Assembly: GCF_008831285.2 (NCBI RefSeq)
Contig: NC_045138.2
Span: 28,892,001-28,956,000 of the forward strand
Direction of reading: 5' to 3'
Source: Nymphaea colorata
Lineage: Eukaryota
Length of the DNA: 64,000 nt
Position 1 is the stretch's first letter; every line of letters starts with the position of its first letter. Below the pieces are notes generated by a model. It did not search any database and was not told the DNA's origin. It worked only from the letters and a program-made list of their open reading frames with translations. A program made the position numbers and the translations under genes. This document shows positions 63,368 to 64,000 of the stretch, one piece after another.

Positions 63368-63899
63368 GCAGCCCGGCGACGGTTGGGAGCCACTGCCTTG
63401 AGCTTACCCTTATCTGATCTCGAAATTTCCATCATGCCATCCCTAGCCCTTGGTCCAACAGCGATCACGTTGACACCACTCTGACACGAAACGGCCATGG
63501 CTTCATTGAATCCTGGTTTGATAAGGAGATGGTTTGGAAGTTTTAGTCGTAAATCTGTGGGATGGAATGTCTCACATTGATGTCCACTTGAATTCCGCAA
63601 AATCGACATCTTTAGACGGGTAAATTTATCACGGATAAGTTTTATAAAATATTTTATTTTAAATAAACTGTCCCCACAAAAAGTTGGGAACTTGGGGTGT
63701 GTTTAAAGTGAATTGGCAAAAATTCACCATGATTAATCGATGAAATAAAGATACCCTTAAAACATAATACATATTCTTATTTGATACGTTTGATGAGATC
63801 AATAGTATAATGGGTTCATAAACAGTGTTTGTATACACCAAGGGATGGTAGGTAACCATTTTTTGTTTTGGATGTCAATTTTTAGAAATGGTACCAAGG

Positions 63900-64000
63900 C
63901 AGTGGCGGAGCCAGCGTGGGGCAGGTGTGGGCGCCTGCCCACGCCAGCTCAAGAAAACTCCATATGAAATGGAGTCTCAACCCAACTTCACCCCTGTGTT
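63900..64000. mobile_element. Left end of a well-preserved MITE (CAGTGGCGGAGCC terminus), cut by the window edge
   Basis: CAGTGGCGGAGCCAGCGTGGGGCAGGTGTGGGCGCCTGCCCACGCC; related to decayed copies at 716, 6005 and 18245. Confidence 0.65.

Noticed and set aside
1..64000. Remaining short ORFs (60-145 aa), many crossing microsatellites; also tRNA/rRNA/organellar inserts
   Set aside because: No recognisable domains, often non-ATG starts and repeat-derived YIYI/LSLS/RERE tracts. No tRNA, rRNA or organelle-derived sequence was recognised by eye.

Overview
Angiosperm nuclear DNA: gene-poor, AT-rich, with many (AG)n/(AT)n microsatellites and spliceosomal introns. The species cannot be determined from the sequence. 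Six protein-coding genes are supported: (1) a DUF761/ACRE146-like gene (9562-10236, -); (2) an acidic, repeat-rich, probable type II membrane protein (26598-28217, +); (3) a lachrymatory-factor-synthase-like SRPBCC protein (33894-34403, +); (4, 5) two divergent DUF1677 genes (42802-43368, + and 48916-49577, +), the second with a first exon missed by the ORF track; (6) an 18-exon class III HD-ZIP gene of the ATHB15/ATHB8 type (52258-61312, -; 839 aa, reconstructed by hand) with an intron-split miR165/166 site and a GC-AG intron. Intergenic DNA holds decayed transposons: a poly(A)-tailed LINE RNase H remnant, a Ty1/copia gag remnant, a SINE-like insert with a 15-bp TSD, and several MITE families. 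Most short ORFs in the track look spurious. I found no convincing, wholly new biological system. The best leads are the GC-AG intron, the possible truncation or readthrough of the LFS-like C-terminus, the double repeat array in the membrane protein, a MITE shell carrying a frame-preserving polypyrimidine cargo, and gene-free CpG/CGCG-rich islands. All homology calls are by eye, without database searches.
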